The translations under genes and the position numbers were made by a program. A DNA stretch of 64,000 nucleotides from Alphaproteobacteria bacterium (GTDB lineage: Bacteria; Pseudomonadota; Alphaproteobacteria; SHNJ01), in NCBI GenBank assembly GCA_004295055.1, contig SHNJ01000031.1, positions 170,898 to 234,897 of the forward strand, in the 5' to 3' direction. The notes beneath the pieces were generated by a model, which made no database searches, was not told where the DNA came from, and saw only the letters and a program-made list of their open reading frames with translations. Of the stretch, positions 1 through 9,402 are shown piece after piece (position 1 is the stretch's first letter; every line of letters begins with the position of its first letter).

Positions 1-564
1 CTGGTCGGGCAGGCTGATCAATAATGATTTTCTATTTTTGTGCAAAATTTGCGGCAATTCGGGATGAATCGCCTGCGCCATTTGCGCATTGATTTCTTCG
101 TTGCCATCGAGCGCTTGCCAGGCGAGCATTTGGAATAAACGGTATAATGGCGGGTTGTCGGTCGACGCATCTTTGCGGATAAATTGATCGTATCGTTGCT
201 GTATATTGTGCCGCACGCCCTTATATTCGCTGGCGGCCATCGCTTCGCCGCGCACATATTCGAACGCATCGAACAATTCCCGCGCTTGGTATGTCTGCGG
301 CTGTAAATGCGTGTGCAATTTATGATTATGGAATCGCAGGCGCGATGCGGCGGAATCCGATTCACCGCGCAGAAATTCATAATAAGGCGGCAATTCGCCC
401 TTGATATAATTGGTCAGGCGTACTTTGCCTGACGCGTCTTGCGATGGGATCAAACCGTAACTGACATCGGTCAGTGGTTTTTCGGAAACCGCGCGCAAGG
501 CAGCCGCCGTGGCCTTTTGAAAATTATCGCGTAATTTGTCATTATGATTGGATGAATCGGCCAT
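1..564 (-). CDS. cobT: Cobaltochelatase subunit CobT, N-terminal part (runs off the window)
   Basis: Not in the ORF track. Manual translation from ATG at 564: MADSSNHNDKLRDNFQKATAAALRAVSEK...LRGESDSAASRLRFHNHKLH...ARELFDAFEYVRGEAMAASEYKGVRHN, the CobT N-terminal pattern. Directly downstream of cobS; open to base 1. Confidence 0.85.
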   Translation of the reverse strand, partial: MADSSNHNDKLRDNFQKATAAALRAVSEKPLTDVSYGLIPSQDASGKVRLTNYIKGELPPYYEFLRGESDSAASRLRFHNHKLHTHLQPQTYQARELFDAFEYVRGEAMAASEYKGVRHNIQQRYDQFIRKDASTDNPPLYRLFQMLAWQALDGNEEINAQMAQAIHPELPQILHKNRKSLLISLPDQ

Positions 565-579
565 GGTGCACCCCGCCGA

Positions 580-1548
580 TTACAGTTCTTCACCGAAACA
601 ACGTTGATAATACTCGGCCAGAACCGATTTTTCGGCATCGTCGCAGCGATTATAGAAACTGACGCGGAAAGCGAAATTTTTATCCTTAAAAATTTCGGTA
701 TTTTCCGCCCAGCTAATTACCGTGCGCGGCGACATGACGGTGGAAATATCTCCGGCAATAAATCCTTGGCGGGTTAAGTGCGCTACTTGAATCATAATGG
801 CCAAATCTTCGCGGCCTTTTTTATTCTGAAACGAAGGCACTTTGGCGGCGATAATTTCCAATTCTTCGTCGGCGGGTAAATAATTAAGCGTTGCCACGAT
901 ATTCCAACGGTCCATCTGTCCCTGGTTGATTTGTTGCGTGCCGTGGTAAAGCCCCGTCGTATCGCCAAGTCCAATCGTGTTGGCGGTGGCGAATAAACGG
1001 AACGAAGAATGTGGTTGTAAAATCTTGTTCTGATCCAGCAGGGTCAGTTTGCCGCTGGCTTCCAATACGCGCTGAATCACGAACATAACATCTGGCCGGC
1101 CGGCATCATATTCATCGAAAACCAGAGCCACTGGGTTTTGAATCGCCCAGGGCAAAATGCCTTCTTTGAATTTGGTGACTTGCTTGCGGTCTTCCAAAAC
1201 GATTGCGTCTTTGCCCAGCAAATCAAACCGGCTGATATGACTGTCCAGGTTAATACGCACGCATGGCCAATTCAGCCGTGCCGCAACTTGTTCGATATGG
1301 GTGGATTTTCCGGTACCGTGATAACCTTGGATCAGAACCCGGCGGTTAAACGCAAACCCGGCGAGCAGGGCGAGGGTGGTGTTTTTGTCGAACTGATAAG
1401 TTTCATCGCGGGCCGGGACATAATCGCTTGGTATGCTAAAGGCCGGGACCTGCATATCGGAATCAATGCCGAATGTTTGCCTGGCCGAGATTTTGATATC
1501 CGGCATTTGCAGAATATGGGCGCGGTGGGCCGATTCGATTTGCATCAA
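580..1548 (-). CDS. cobS: Cobaltochelatase subunit CobS (MoxR-like AAA+ ATPase)
   Basis: Walker A GYHGTGKST, HIEQVAARLNWPCVRINLDSH, Walker B LVFDEYDAGRPDVMFVIQRVLE, QQINQGQMDRW. Confidence 0.95.
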   Translation of the reverse strand: MMQIESAHRAHILQMPDIKISARQTFGIDSDMQVPAFSIPSDYVPARDETYQFDKNTTLALLAGFAFNRRVLIQGYHGTGKSTHIEQVAARLNWPCVRINLDSHISRFDLLGKDAIVLEDRKQVTKFKEGILPWAIQNPVALVFDEYDAGRPDVMFVIQRVLEASGKLTLLDQNKILQPHSSFRLFATANTIGLGDTTGLYHGTQQINQGQMDRWNIVATLNYLPADEELEIIAAKVPSFQNKKGREDLAIMIQVAHLTRQGFIAGDISTVMSPRTVISWAENTEIFKDKNFAFRVSFYNRCDDAEKSVLAEYYQRCFGEEL

Positions 1549-1554
1549 AATTCC

Positions 1555-2157
1555 CTATATGCTGTCAAACGCGCGTTTGACCGTTTGAAAAGCCTCGTTG
1601 ATCGATTTAAACCGTTCTTCGGCGTCTTTATCGCCGCCGTGCAGGTCCGGGTGGAACTTTTTCACCAAGCCCTTGTAATGCCGTTTAATGGACTCGAAAT
1701 CCATGGGCGGGGTCAGGCCTAATGTATTTAATGCGCGGACGGTTTGGTAATCCATAGTCGTTGGACTGCTAGAGGTTGAAGAAGAATAAGAAGAATTTTG
1801 ATTATCTTCTTCAAATATACCAAAATTTTGTGAAAACTCGGCCCATTTACGGTCAAAACTGGCGCGGAATTTTTTATACTGTGCTTTGGATCCAAATGGC
1901 CAGCTGGGACGATCCCAAACCGTGTCTTTGCGGCGTTCTTCCTCGACTTCGTAATCCTTCAACCCCTTATAATAGTCCCATTGCAGGTTATATTCGCGCA
2001 CATGGTCCAGACAAAACCAGAAATAGTCATTTAGCCGGCTTCGGTCCTTAGGAGCCTTAAACTCGCCATGTCCCTGACATCCTGGGTGGTCGCAAAAACG
2101 GCTGTGCTGAGCCGGCGGGGGGTCGAAATAACTGCTGGTTTTTTTCTTTTTGTCCAT
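1555..2157 (-). CDS. J-domain (DnaJ-like) protein with N-terminal Cys/His motif
   Basis: C-terminal J domain with HPD (KKFHPDLHGGD); N-terminal CDHPGC...WFCLDHVREYN typical of the alphaproteobacterial J protein upstream of cobS. ATG at 2157 preferred over TTG at 2163. Confidence 0.9.
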   Translation of the reverse strand: MDKKKKTSSYFDPPPAQHSRFCDHPGCQGHGEFKAPKDRSRLNDYFWFCLDHVREYNLQWDYYKGLKDYEVEEERRKDTVWDRPSWPFGSKAQYKKFRASFDRKWAEFSQNFGIFEEDNQNSSYSSSTSSSPTTMDYQTVRALNTLGLTPPMDFESIKRHYKGLVKKFHPDLHGGDKDAEERFKSINEAFQTVKRAFDSI

Positions 2158-2234
2158 AAACAACCTTAAAGTATAAGGATATCACGATTTATTAATTTTT
2201 CTATTGAGAAACCAAGCTTTCCAAGGATTTTTCT

Positions 2235-2492
2235 ATGTCCAGAGCCGACCGGATGCGTCAAATATTAGAAACGGCTTTTCAGCCCAGTTTATTGAATTTG
2301 ATTGATGATTCCATGAAACATCAAGGCCATAGAGGCTGGCGGGAAGGGGGAGAAACCCATTATAATCTTGAAATTAAGGCAGAGTCGTTAAGCCGTTTGC
2401 CGCGCGTGCAGGCCCAACAAGCTATCTACCGGGTTTTAAAATCAGAATTTGAAACCGGCCTTCATGCCTTATCTATTCGTGTCATTGTTTAA
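2235..2492 (+). CDS. bolA: BolA family protein
   Basis: DDSMKHQGHRG...GETHY...RVQAQQAIYRVL...GLHALSI. Confidence 0.9.
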   Translation: MSRADRMRQILETAFQPSLLNLIDDSMKHQGHRGWREGGETHYNLEIKAESLSRLPRVQAQQAIYRVLKSEFETGLHALSIRVIV

Positions 2493-2649
2493 TAAATTTT
2501 TTACTCTTTCATAGTAATCATAGAAGATAGGCTGTTAAAATTGTACGTAATATTCTTGCGCTTTGTGCTAAGTTAATTTGTGGCGCAAACACCCCCTAGT
2601 TATTAACAGCTTTTTTTGCAACTATAGGTATAAAAGGGTATTTAACTTC

Positions 2650-2678
2650 AGATTGTATGTTGATCATATATACAATCT
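2650..2678. promoter_or_regulatory. Inverted repeat (AGATTGTAT-N11-ATACAATCT), candidate operator
   Basis: Perfect 9-bp arms about 45 bp upstream of the RHH gene. Confidence 0.4.
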
Positions 2679-2724
2679 AAGGTAGTAATGTTATATCCTT
2701 TTAGTACCGTAAGGGGGAGTCTAT

Positions 2725-3072
2725 ATGAGCACGCTGATAAATAAAAACATCGTTGTCGCCGGTAACCGCACTAGTATGCGGTTGGAGCCGGAAATGTGGG
2801 ATGCTCTTGCAGAAATCTGCAACCGAGAGAAAAGCAGCATCAAGGACATATGTACCCTGATTGATTCTAGCAGGGGGTCCACCAGTCTTACATCGGCAGT
2901 GCGCGTGTTTATTTTGGCCTATTTCCGGTTTGCGGCGGCAAATAACAATGTGCAATTCCGCCCCAAACAAGCAGTGGATGGTACCACTTCTTATACACCA
3001 CAAAGCGGTACCTTGGCACAACCCACTCAGCCGGTTGGATTAAGCGATATCGTACAACGAATATTTTCGTGA
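2725..3072 (+). CDS. Ribbon-helix-helix domain protein (RHH_4-like)
   Basis: KNIVVAGNRTSMRLEPEMWDALAEICNRE...SLTSAVRVFILAYFR; SD GGGGAG upstream. Confidence 0.85.
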   Translation: MSTLINKNIVVAGNRTSMRLEPEMWDALAEICNREKSSIKDICTLIDSSRGSTSLTSAVRVFILAYFRFAAANNNVQFRPKQAVDGTTSYTPQSGTLAQPTQPVGLSDIVQRIFS

Positions 3073-3108
3073 CCTTATAAAAAAGACCAATAGAGAATTT
3101 AAAACGGT

Positions 3109-3567
3109 CTATGCCGCTTTTGATGTGGCCCCGTACACTTCACCAAATATGAAAGCATCTTTGGTGTCGATGTTTTCTTTCAATTCTTCGGTAATGGCCG
3201 CAAACAGATCGCGCAAGGAAACCATGCCAATAATTTCGCCGTTTTCTTCAATTGGCAAATGACGGATATGATTTTGGGTCATTACTTCTAACGCGAATTG
3301 AACGCTCTCGCCCGATTTCAATGTAATCGGGCTTGGGGTCATCACTTCGCCCAAGACGGTTTCATCGGTGGATAATCCCATGGCAACCACGCGTTTAACC
3401 AAATCGCGTTCAGTAAAGATGCCGGTCAAACGGCCTTCCTCGATAACCATAATTGCGCCAACGTTATGCTCCGCCATCAACTTGGAGGCAGTGGTAACCG
3501 ACGCATGTGTCGGCAATTTGATCACCATTGGGTAACGAGAAGTAAAGCGAGTAACTTTATTGCGCAT
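3109..3567 (-). CDS. Tandem CBS domain protein
   Basis: ASKLMAEHNVGAIMVIEEGRLTGIFTERDLV...IRHLPIEENGEIIGMVSLRDL. ATG 3567 preferred over TTG 3585. Confidence 0.9.
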   Translation of the reverse strand: MRNKVTRFTSRYPMVIKLPTHASVTTASKLMAEHNVGAIMVIEEGRLTGIFTERDLVKRVVAMGLSTDETVLGEVMTPSPITLKSGESVQFALEVMTQNHIRHLPIEENGEIIGMVSLRDLFAAITEELKENIDTKDAFIFGEVYGATSKAA

Positions 3568-3744
3568 TTTATTAGCCCTATTCAAATAATATTATATTAA
3601 ACTTGTTATACGAATTCTATCGTAAAAAATATAAAAAAGCACCTGTTTTTTTCAGACTATCTCGCAGTGCGGATAAGTTGAAAAAAACGCATTAAACCTT
3701 CTAGCCTACAATCATGACTATTTTTTGACGGTTTATTTAAAATT

Positions 3745-5070
3745 TTATGATGCGGCGGCGATTTTTTTCGGCGGGGTAATGCGCACCGATATTATTTGAT
3801 TGCGCTGGCGGCGTAAAATTTCAAATCGTAGATTATGAAAATTGAACACCTGGCCGACATCCGGAATTTGCCTTGCTTCGTGCAAAACAAGTCCCGCCAC
3901 TGTCACGGCTTCTTCGTCCGGCAAATGCCAATCGAATTCACGGTTTAAATCGCGAATGGTGACGCTGCCATTTACAATCAAGCTGCCATCCGCTTGCGGA
4001 CGCACTCCTGGAACGTTGACGTCATATTCATCGAATACTTCGCCGACAATTTCTTCCAAAATGTCTTCCAGCGTGACTACGCCCATAAAAGTTCCATATT
4101 CATCGACTACCACGGCAAAATGTTCGCGGCGTTCGCGGAAGGCGTGCAATTGATCCAACAAGGATGTGGTTTCTGGAATGAACCAAGGCGCCGAAGCGCT
4201 GGACAGAATATCCATTTCATCTAAATTGCTGGCGTGTGAACGCAGGGCGCGAAGCAATTGTTTGGCGTGCAAAATGCCGACAATATTATCGGGAGAATCT
4301 TTCCATATCGCAACGCGGCTGAAATTGCTGTTCATGACTTCGTCGACAATTTCCGAACTGGTTTGATCGGCATTGACCATAACCGTATTTTTACGATGAG
4401 TCATAATTTCGGAAACATCGATATCGGCTAAATCCAGAATGCTGCGCAACATGACGCTGCGATCACGCGCTTCTTCGCCAGTATGGCCGTGCAAATCGAT
4501 CGCGCCACGCAATTCCTCGTCCCCAAGCGCATGGCCAAGGCCAGTCGAAGCCTTGATATGCAGGATTATCAGCGATTTTTTCACTACCCAACGCACAACG
4601 GCTGTGATGGGCGAGAATATCAGCATAAAAAATCGCATTGGCGCCGCCACCGTAAGCGATGACCAATCGGCATTATTGATGGCGATTGTTTTTGGCAAGA
4701 CTTCGGCAAAAATTAAAATCAACGCCGTCATCACGATAGTGGCGTATAAAACGCCATGATGGCCGAACATATTTAAAAATAAACTAGTGGTCAGAGAAGA
4801 GGCGAGGATGTTCAGTAAAGTATTGACCAACAAAATAGTTGCGATCAAATTCTCGCTGTCGTGACGAATCTTGACAACGATCTTAGCGCGCCAATCGCCG
4901 CTTTTGGCTAGAGTATGCATTTTTGACCGTGAGGCGCCGGTTAAGGCTGTTTCCGATCCTGCAAAAAACGCCGATAAAATCGTAAGGATGAAAACCCATA
5001 TAATGGTCCACCATATTTGCGATTGTTCCAATTGAGTTATTGCGTCGTCAGTGCCAGTTGGGAGTTGCAT
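3745..5070 (-). CDS. HlyC/CorC (CNNM-CBS-CorC) Mg2+/Co2+ transport family protein
   Basis: SAFFAGSETALT, AEVLPKTIA, CBS pair (AVVVDEYGTFMGVVTLEDILEEIVGEVFDEYD), C-terminal CorC_HlyC domain. Confidence 0.92.
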   Translation of the reverse strand: MQLPTGTDDAITQLEQSQIWWTIIWVFILTILSAFFAGSETALTGASRSKMHTLAKSGDWRAKIVVKIRHDSENLIATILLVNTLLNILASSLTTSLFLNMFGHHGVLYATIVMTALILIFAEVLPKTIAINNADWSSLTVAAPMRFFMLIFSPITAVVRWVVKKSLIILHIKASTGLGHALGDEELRGAIDLHGHTGEEARDRSVMLRSILDLADIDVSEIMTHRKNTVMVNADQTSSEIVDEVMNSNFSRVAIWKDSPDNIVGILHAKQLLRALRSHASNLDEMDILSSASAPWFIPETTSLLDQLHAFRERREHFAVVVDEYGTFMGVVTLEDILEEIVGEVFDEYDVNVPGVRPQADGSLIVNGSVTIRDLNREFDWHLPDEEAVTVAGLVLHEARQIPDVGQVFNFHNLRFEILRRQRNQIISVRITPPKKIAAAS

Positions 5071-5337
5071 AATTATCCAGATTTATAAGTCAATAAACAG
5101 GCTTTTCGGCGATTAAGCCAAAGCGGGTGAAAGCGTTACAATGAATGGGTTACATCGGCCTTTATTCATCAACAGGTGATTGGGTCGGTCTTCAACAAAC
5201 TCTTGCCATTATTAGGCGTTGTTTTAGATTGGTGACTTACATTACACGAATTTACAGCAAGTGCAATTGCTGTAAGTGGTTTAAAATATTGGATATTTTA
5301 CAGATTGTAACAGCATAGCAATAGTTGGAGAGAGTGA

Positions 5338-5481
5338 ATGGGCGGTATCGGAAAATTATGGTTGGTTATTGTATTGGCAGCAGTCGTTTGTGTGGGGGCG
5401 ATTTTATATGCCGGCGCCACCGCATCGCCGCCGCAATCGCCGGTGGAACAAACCTTGGATCGTAAACAATTCGGATTTTAA
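5338..5481 (+). CDS. 47-aa single-pass membrane microprotein
   Basis: Below the ORF-track cutoff: MGGIGKLWLVIVLAAVVCVGAILYAGATASPPQSPVEQTLDRKQFGF; SD GGAGAG upstream; stop 1 nt before the next ATG. Confidence 0.7.
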   Translation: MGGIGKLWLVIVLAAVVCVGAILYAGATASPPQSPVEQTLDRKQFGF

Positions 5482-5482
5482 C

Positions 5483-7318
5483 ATGAAGCTGCGTTTTGCG
5501 TTTGTATTATGGCTGGCTCTGTTATTCGGCCATGCCGCTGTTGCGGAAGAATCGGCAACCAAGGGGGACAATTATAACAAGGCCGAACGCCAAAAACAGA
5601 ATGAGCAGACGCAAGAACTGATCAGCCAATCTAAGAACGGCAAAGAAGTATCCGAGCAAACATTGGAATCCAGCCCCATTCTAAATGTGGAGCCGACCGC
5701 TTCTGCAGCTATTGGTACTGTAATTGTCAGCAGTCAGGAATTGCCCGGTATTGCTTTGGATTCTGCCGGCATATCCGATCGCGGAATAACGCTGGGATCG
5801 AATATGTGGCAAAACACGCCGCACGGTCTGGCCATCAGGTTGGTCAGCGGTTTGCCAACCGATATTGAATCTCCGTCCATTCGTAATTTAGCCATACGTT
5901 TATTGCTAACCGCCGCGGAACAACCTAGAAAAGATTCATCTATGGAATTGGGCGATCAATTATTGATCGACCAGCGTTTGGTGAAATTATGGAATATGGG
6001 CCAATGGCAACAATACGGGAACTTGGTGGCCACTATGCCGGGCAATGTGGTTGCTGGAAATTTGGCAAAAAATTATGCTTTATTGCAATTGATTTTAGGC
6101 CAGACCAAAGGCGGATGCGAGCGCGTTGACAAGTTTTCGCGCCAGGACAATCCTGACCGGTTCTGGCAAAAAGCGCAAATATACTGCGCCATGGTTTCTG
6201 GCAAGCAAGATGTCGCCAAACTAATGCATGATTTGTGGCAGGAAAAATACGAAAATGACGATCCTATTCTGCATAAGCTGTTGGTCGCCGCTGAAAGCAA
6301 TGCGCGCGATGTAAAAGTAAAAGCCAAAGATTTATCGACGCTGCATTGGCTGATCGTTAACGATGCCGATTTGATTGTAAATACCGATGGTGTTGACACT
6401 ATTGATGTCGCCGCCCAGATGTTATTGTTATCGAACGATAATATTCTATGGCAGAAAAAATCGGCGCTGGCGGAAAAACTGGCGCTGCATGGCGTAATCG
6501 ATACCAATAAATTGACAGGCATTTACAGCCAATTGGAGTCGAATGGCAAGGCTGGAAAAGCTTTGCTTCGTAAAGAAGATTCAAAAATATCCGATGCGCA
6601 GCGGCGCGGGTCGAATTGGCTGTATATTCATGCGATTGCCGATCCAGTGCAACGCGCCACGGCGATCAACGATTCTTACGAAGATTTAGATGCAATTCAG
6701 GAACGGCGTTTGTTGGCGCTGGCCCATGCGGATTGGTTGAAATCGCTGATCCCTTCGACCGACTATATCTGGTTTGCTCCAACGGCGGGGCGTTTGCTGA
6801 TTTTGCTTGGTGAACCGAAATTGGCGCGTGCCTGGTTTGAAATTGCTACATCGGATGAATCGACCGCGGCTAAGGCCTGGCCCTATATTCGTGTTCTGCA
6901 TTTGTCGGACGGACAGTCGAAAATATTGCAAGAAAAGTGGATAGCGCGGACAATATTATCCGCACCGCGCAAATTGGAAGAATATTTGGGCATGCTGGCC
7001 TTGCATTTGAATGCATTAGGCGAGAGCGATAATATTTGGACGCGGGATACGCTGCCCAAAGGATTCAGCGCCGATATGTTGAAATTAACAACGCACAAGG
7101 CCGCAACGCCAGGCGCCAGCATTTTGTTGCAACAGGCGGCGCAAGCCAATAGCCGGGCAGAATCGGTAGCCTATGTTATTTACATGTTAGGCCAGAATAA
7201 TCTGGCGGATATCGCTGCTCAGAATGTCGCTGAATCGGTGGAATCCCTGAACCATCTGGGTTTACAGGAAGAAGCGCGTAATCTTGTCTTGGAATCGCTT
7301 GTGGCCAGCGGTTTATAA
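5483..7318 (+). CDS. Exported helical hypothetical protein (conserved upstream of xerD in Alphaproteobacteria)
   Basis: Signal peptide MKLRFAFVLWLALLFGHAAVA; TLGSNMWQNT and FWQKAQIYC motifs; ATG 5483 preferred over TTG 5369. Confidence 0.75.
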   Translation: MKLRFAFVLWLALLFGHAAVAEESATKGDNYNKAERQKQNEQTQELISQSKNGKEVSEQTLESSPILNVEPTASAAIGTVIVSSQELPGIALDSAGISDRGITLGSNMWQNTPHGLAIRLVSGLPTDIESPSIRNLAIRLLLTAAEQPRKDSSMELGDQLLIDQRLVKLWNMGQWQQYGNLVATMPGNVVAGNLAKNYALLQLILGQTKGGCERVDKFSRQDNPDRFWQKAQIYCAMVSGKQDVAKLMHDLWQEKYENDDPILHKLLVAAESNARDVKVKAKDLSTLHWLIVNDADLIVNTDGVDTIDVAAQMLLLSNDNILWQKKSALAEKLALHGVIDTNKLTGIYSQLESNGKAGKALLRKEDSKISDAQRRGSNWLYIHAIADPVQRATAINDSYEDLDAIQERRLLALAHADWLKSLIPSTDYIWFAPTAGRLLILLGEPKLARAWFEIATSDESTAAKAWPYIRVLHLSDGQSKILQEKWIARTILSAPRKLEEYLGMLALHLNALGESDNIWTRDTLPKGFSADMLKLTTHKAATPGASILLQQAAQANSRAESVAYVIYMLGQNNLADIAAQNVAESVESLNHLGLQEEARNLVLESLVASGL

Positions 7319-7320
7319 TC

Positions 7321-8313
7321 ATGTCAGGCGCGGCGGCAAAATCCAGAAAAACTAAGCAAAAGTCCAAGCCGGGTCGCCCGAAAAAAGCGCGTAACGAGCT
7401 TGTGCCCGATGCCGAAAATTTTCTGGAAATGTTAACGGTGGAAAGGGGCGTTAGCGCGAATACGCTGACTGCATACCGCACCGACCTCGAAAGTTTTTTT
7501 ACTTATCTTGCCAACCAAAATAAAAACTTTCGCACCCTATCGGCGCGCGATGTCGAACAATATGGCGTGGCGATGGATAAGAAGTCGCAAATTAACGCAA
7601 GATCGTCGGCTCGCAAACTAAGCTGCCTGCGCCAATTTTATAAATTTCTGCTTGCGGAAAAACGCGTCGCGCAGAATCCTATGCAAACCATTTCCTCGCC
7701 CAAATTGCCGAAACAATTGCCAAAATATTTGGGAGAGCAGGAGATTCAAAATTTATTGTCCGCAGCCTTTGCCGACAAAACGGAAGAAGGCAAGCGGTTG
7801 GTCTGTTTACTGGAAATTCTGTACGCCGCCGGCCTGCGCGTGTCGGAATTGGTCAGTTTGCCATTATCCGCCGTGGTACGCGGACAAAATTATGTATTGG
7901 TGCGCGGCAAAGGCAACAAAGAACGCGTGGTGCCATTAACGCCAGCGGCACAACAAGCCATTGCCGAATATTTAAAAATCCGCGCGGTGTTTTTACCCAA
8001 GGATGTTACCAGCCCACATTTATTTCCATCGCGTTCGACCACCGGATATTTAACCCGGCAACGTTTTGCGCAACTATTAAAGGAATTGGCGGTTGCCGCT
8101 GGCCTGTCGCCCAGCAAAATTTCGCCGCACCGTGTGCGCCACGCCTTTGCAACGCATTTGCTGGAAGGCGGCGCGGATTTGCGCGCTTTGCAACAAATGC
8201 TGGGTCATTCCGATATTTCAACGACCCAGATTTATACGCACGTGGTTAGCAATAGATTACAACAAACGGTTAAAAATTATCATCCCATGGCTAAAATGGC
8301 CGCTAAAAAATAA
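7321..8313 (+). CDS. xerD: Tyrosine recombinase XerD
   Basis: SANTLTAYRTDL, LEILYAAGLRVSELV, GKGNKERVVP, SPHRVRHAFATHLLEGGADLRALQQMLGHSDISTTQIYTHV; adjacent to accA as usual. Confidence 0.93.
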   Translation: MSGAAAKSRKTKQKSKPGRPKKARNELVPDAENFLEMLTVERGVSANTLTAYRTDLESFFTYLANQNKNFRTLSARDVEQYGVAMDKKSQINARSSARKLSCLRQFYKFLLAEKRVAQNPMQTISSPKLPKQLPKYLGEQEIQNLLSAAFADKTEEGKRLVCLLEILYAAGLRVSELVSLPLSAVVRGQNYVLVRGKGNKERVVPLTPAAQQAIAEYLKIRAVFLPKDVTSPHLFPSRSTTGYLTRQRFAQLLKELAVAAGLSPSKISPHRVRHAFATHLLEGGADLRALQQMLGHSDISTTQIYTHVVSNRLQQTVKNYHPMAKMAAKK

Positions 8314-8360
8314 TAAAAATCCTCTATACACCCGGTATTCCGCATTATACACTCCCCCGC

Positions 8361-9326
8361 ATGGCTAGTTTCTTAGATTTTGAAAAACCTTTATCCGAAT
8401 TGCACGCCAAGGCCGAAGAATTGAAACGCCTGCCAGACGATGGCAGCCGCAATTTGGCCGAAGAAATGGCGCGGATCGATCGCAAAACGCAACGTGTATT
8501 GCGCGCGGTCTATACCAATTTATCGCCCTGGCAAAAAGTGCAAGTGGCGCGCCATCCCGACCGGCCAAGATTCAAAGATTATGTAAAAGGTTTGATTGCC
8601 GATTTCACCCCGCTGGCTGGCGACCGCAATTTTGCCGAAGACCGCGCGATTATGGGCGGGCTTGGCCGGTTCAAAGGGCAGGCGGTTGTGGTAATGGGCC
8701 AGGAACGCGGTTCGGACACGCAATCGCGTTTGGCGCATAATTTCGGCATGCCTAAACCCGAAGGATACCGCAAGGCAATCCGCCTGATGCAAATGGCGGA
8801 TCAATTTGGTCTGCCAGTGATTACATTGGTCGATACGCCAGGCGCTTATCCCGGCATCGATGCCGAGGAACGCGGCCAGGCCGAGGCTATTGCGCGTTGT
8901 ATTGAAATGGGTCTGACCATTAAAGTTCCGATTATTTCAACCGTCACCGGCGAGGGCGGATCGGGCGGCGCGATCGCGATCGCCACCGGCAATCATATTA
9001 TGATGTATGAAAACGCGGTTTATTCGGTGATCAGCCCCGAAGGCTGCGCGTCGATTCTATGGCGCAGCGCCGCGCAAGCGCGCGAAGCCGCCGAAGCCTT
9101 GAAAATGACCGCGCAGGATTTATTGGCGCTGGGCGTAATCGATGAAATCGTCGCCGAACCTTTGGGCGCAGCGCACCGCGCCCCGGCCGAAGCGATTGGA
9201 AATCTATCTGCCGCCATCGACCGCGCGATGCGCTATCTGGGCCAGCAAAATGGCGATCAATTATTGAAATCCCGCCGCGAAAAATTCCTCGCCATGGGCC
9301 GCCGCATTCCGGGACTCGCGAAATAA
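8361..9326 (+). CDS. accA: Acetyl-CoA carboxylase carboxyltransferase alpha subunit
   Basis: FLDFEKP, WQKVQVARHPDRP, NFGMPKPEGYRKAIRLM, GEGGSGGAIAIA, YSVISPEGCASILWR. Confidence 0.97.
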   Translation: MASFLDFEKPLSELHAKAEELKRLPDDGSRNLAEEMARIDRKTQRVLRAVYTNLSPWQKVQVARHPDRPRFKDYVKGLIADFTPLAGDRNFAEDRAIMGGLGRFKGQAVVVMGQERGSDTQSRLAHNFGMPKPEGYRKAIRLMQMADQFGLPVITLVDTPGAYPGIDAEERGQAEAIARCIEMGLTIKVPIISTVTGEGGSGGAIAIATGNHIMMYENAVYSVISPEGCASILWRSAAQAREAAEALKMTAQDLLALGVIDEIVAEPLGAAHRAPAEAIGNLSAAIDRAMRYLGQQNGDQLLKSRREKFLAMGRRIPGLAK

Positions 9327-9339
9327 GTTGGTTTTTCTG

Positions 9340-9367
9340 TTGACAAGGCGCAAGAAATTCATATACT
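9340..9367 (+). promoter_or_regulatory. Sigma70-type promoter TTGACA-N16-TATACT
   Basis: TTGACA 9340-9345, TATACT 9362-9367, upstream of ORF 9403. Confidence 0.7.
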
Positions 9368-9402
9368 GATGGGGATATTTTCTCTTTCTAAAGGATTCTT
9401 CA

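Noticed and set aside
7321-8313. Tyrosine recombinase as the integrase of the 10015-11596 cassette
   Set aside because: Sequence and position next to accA identify housekeeping XerD; the 43-bp repeat does not resemble a dif site.
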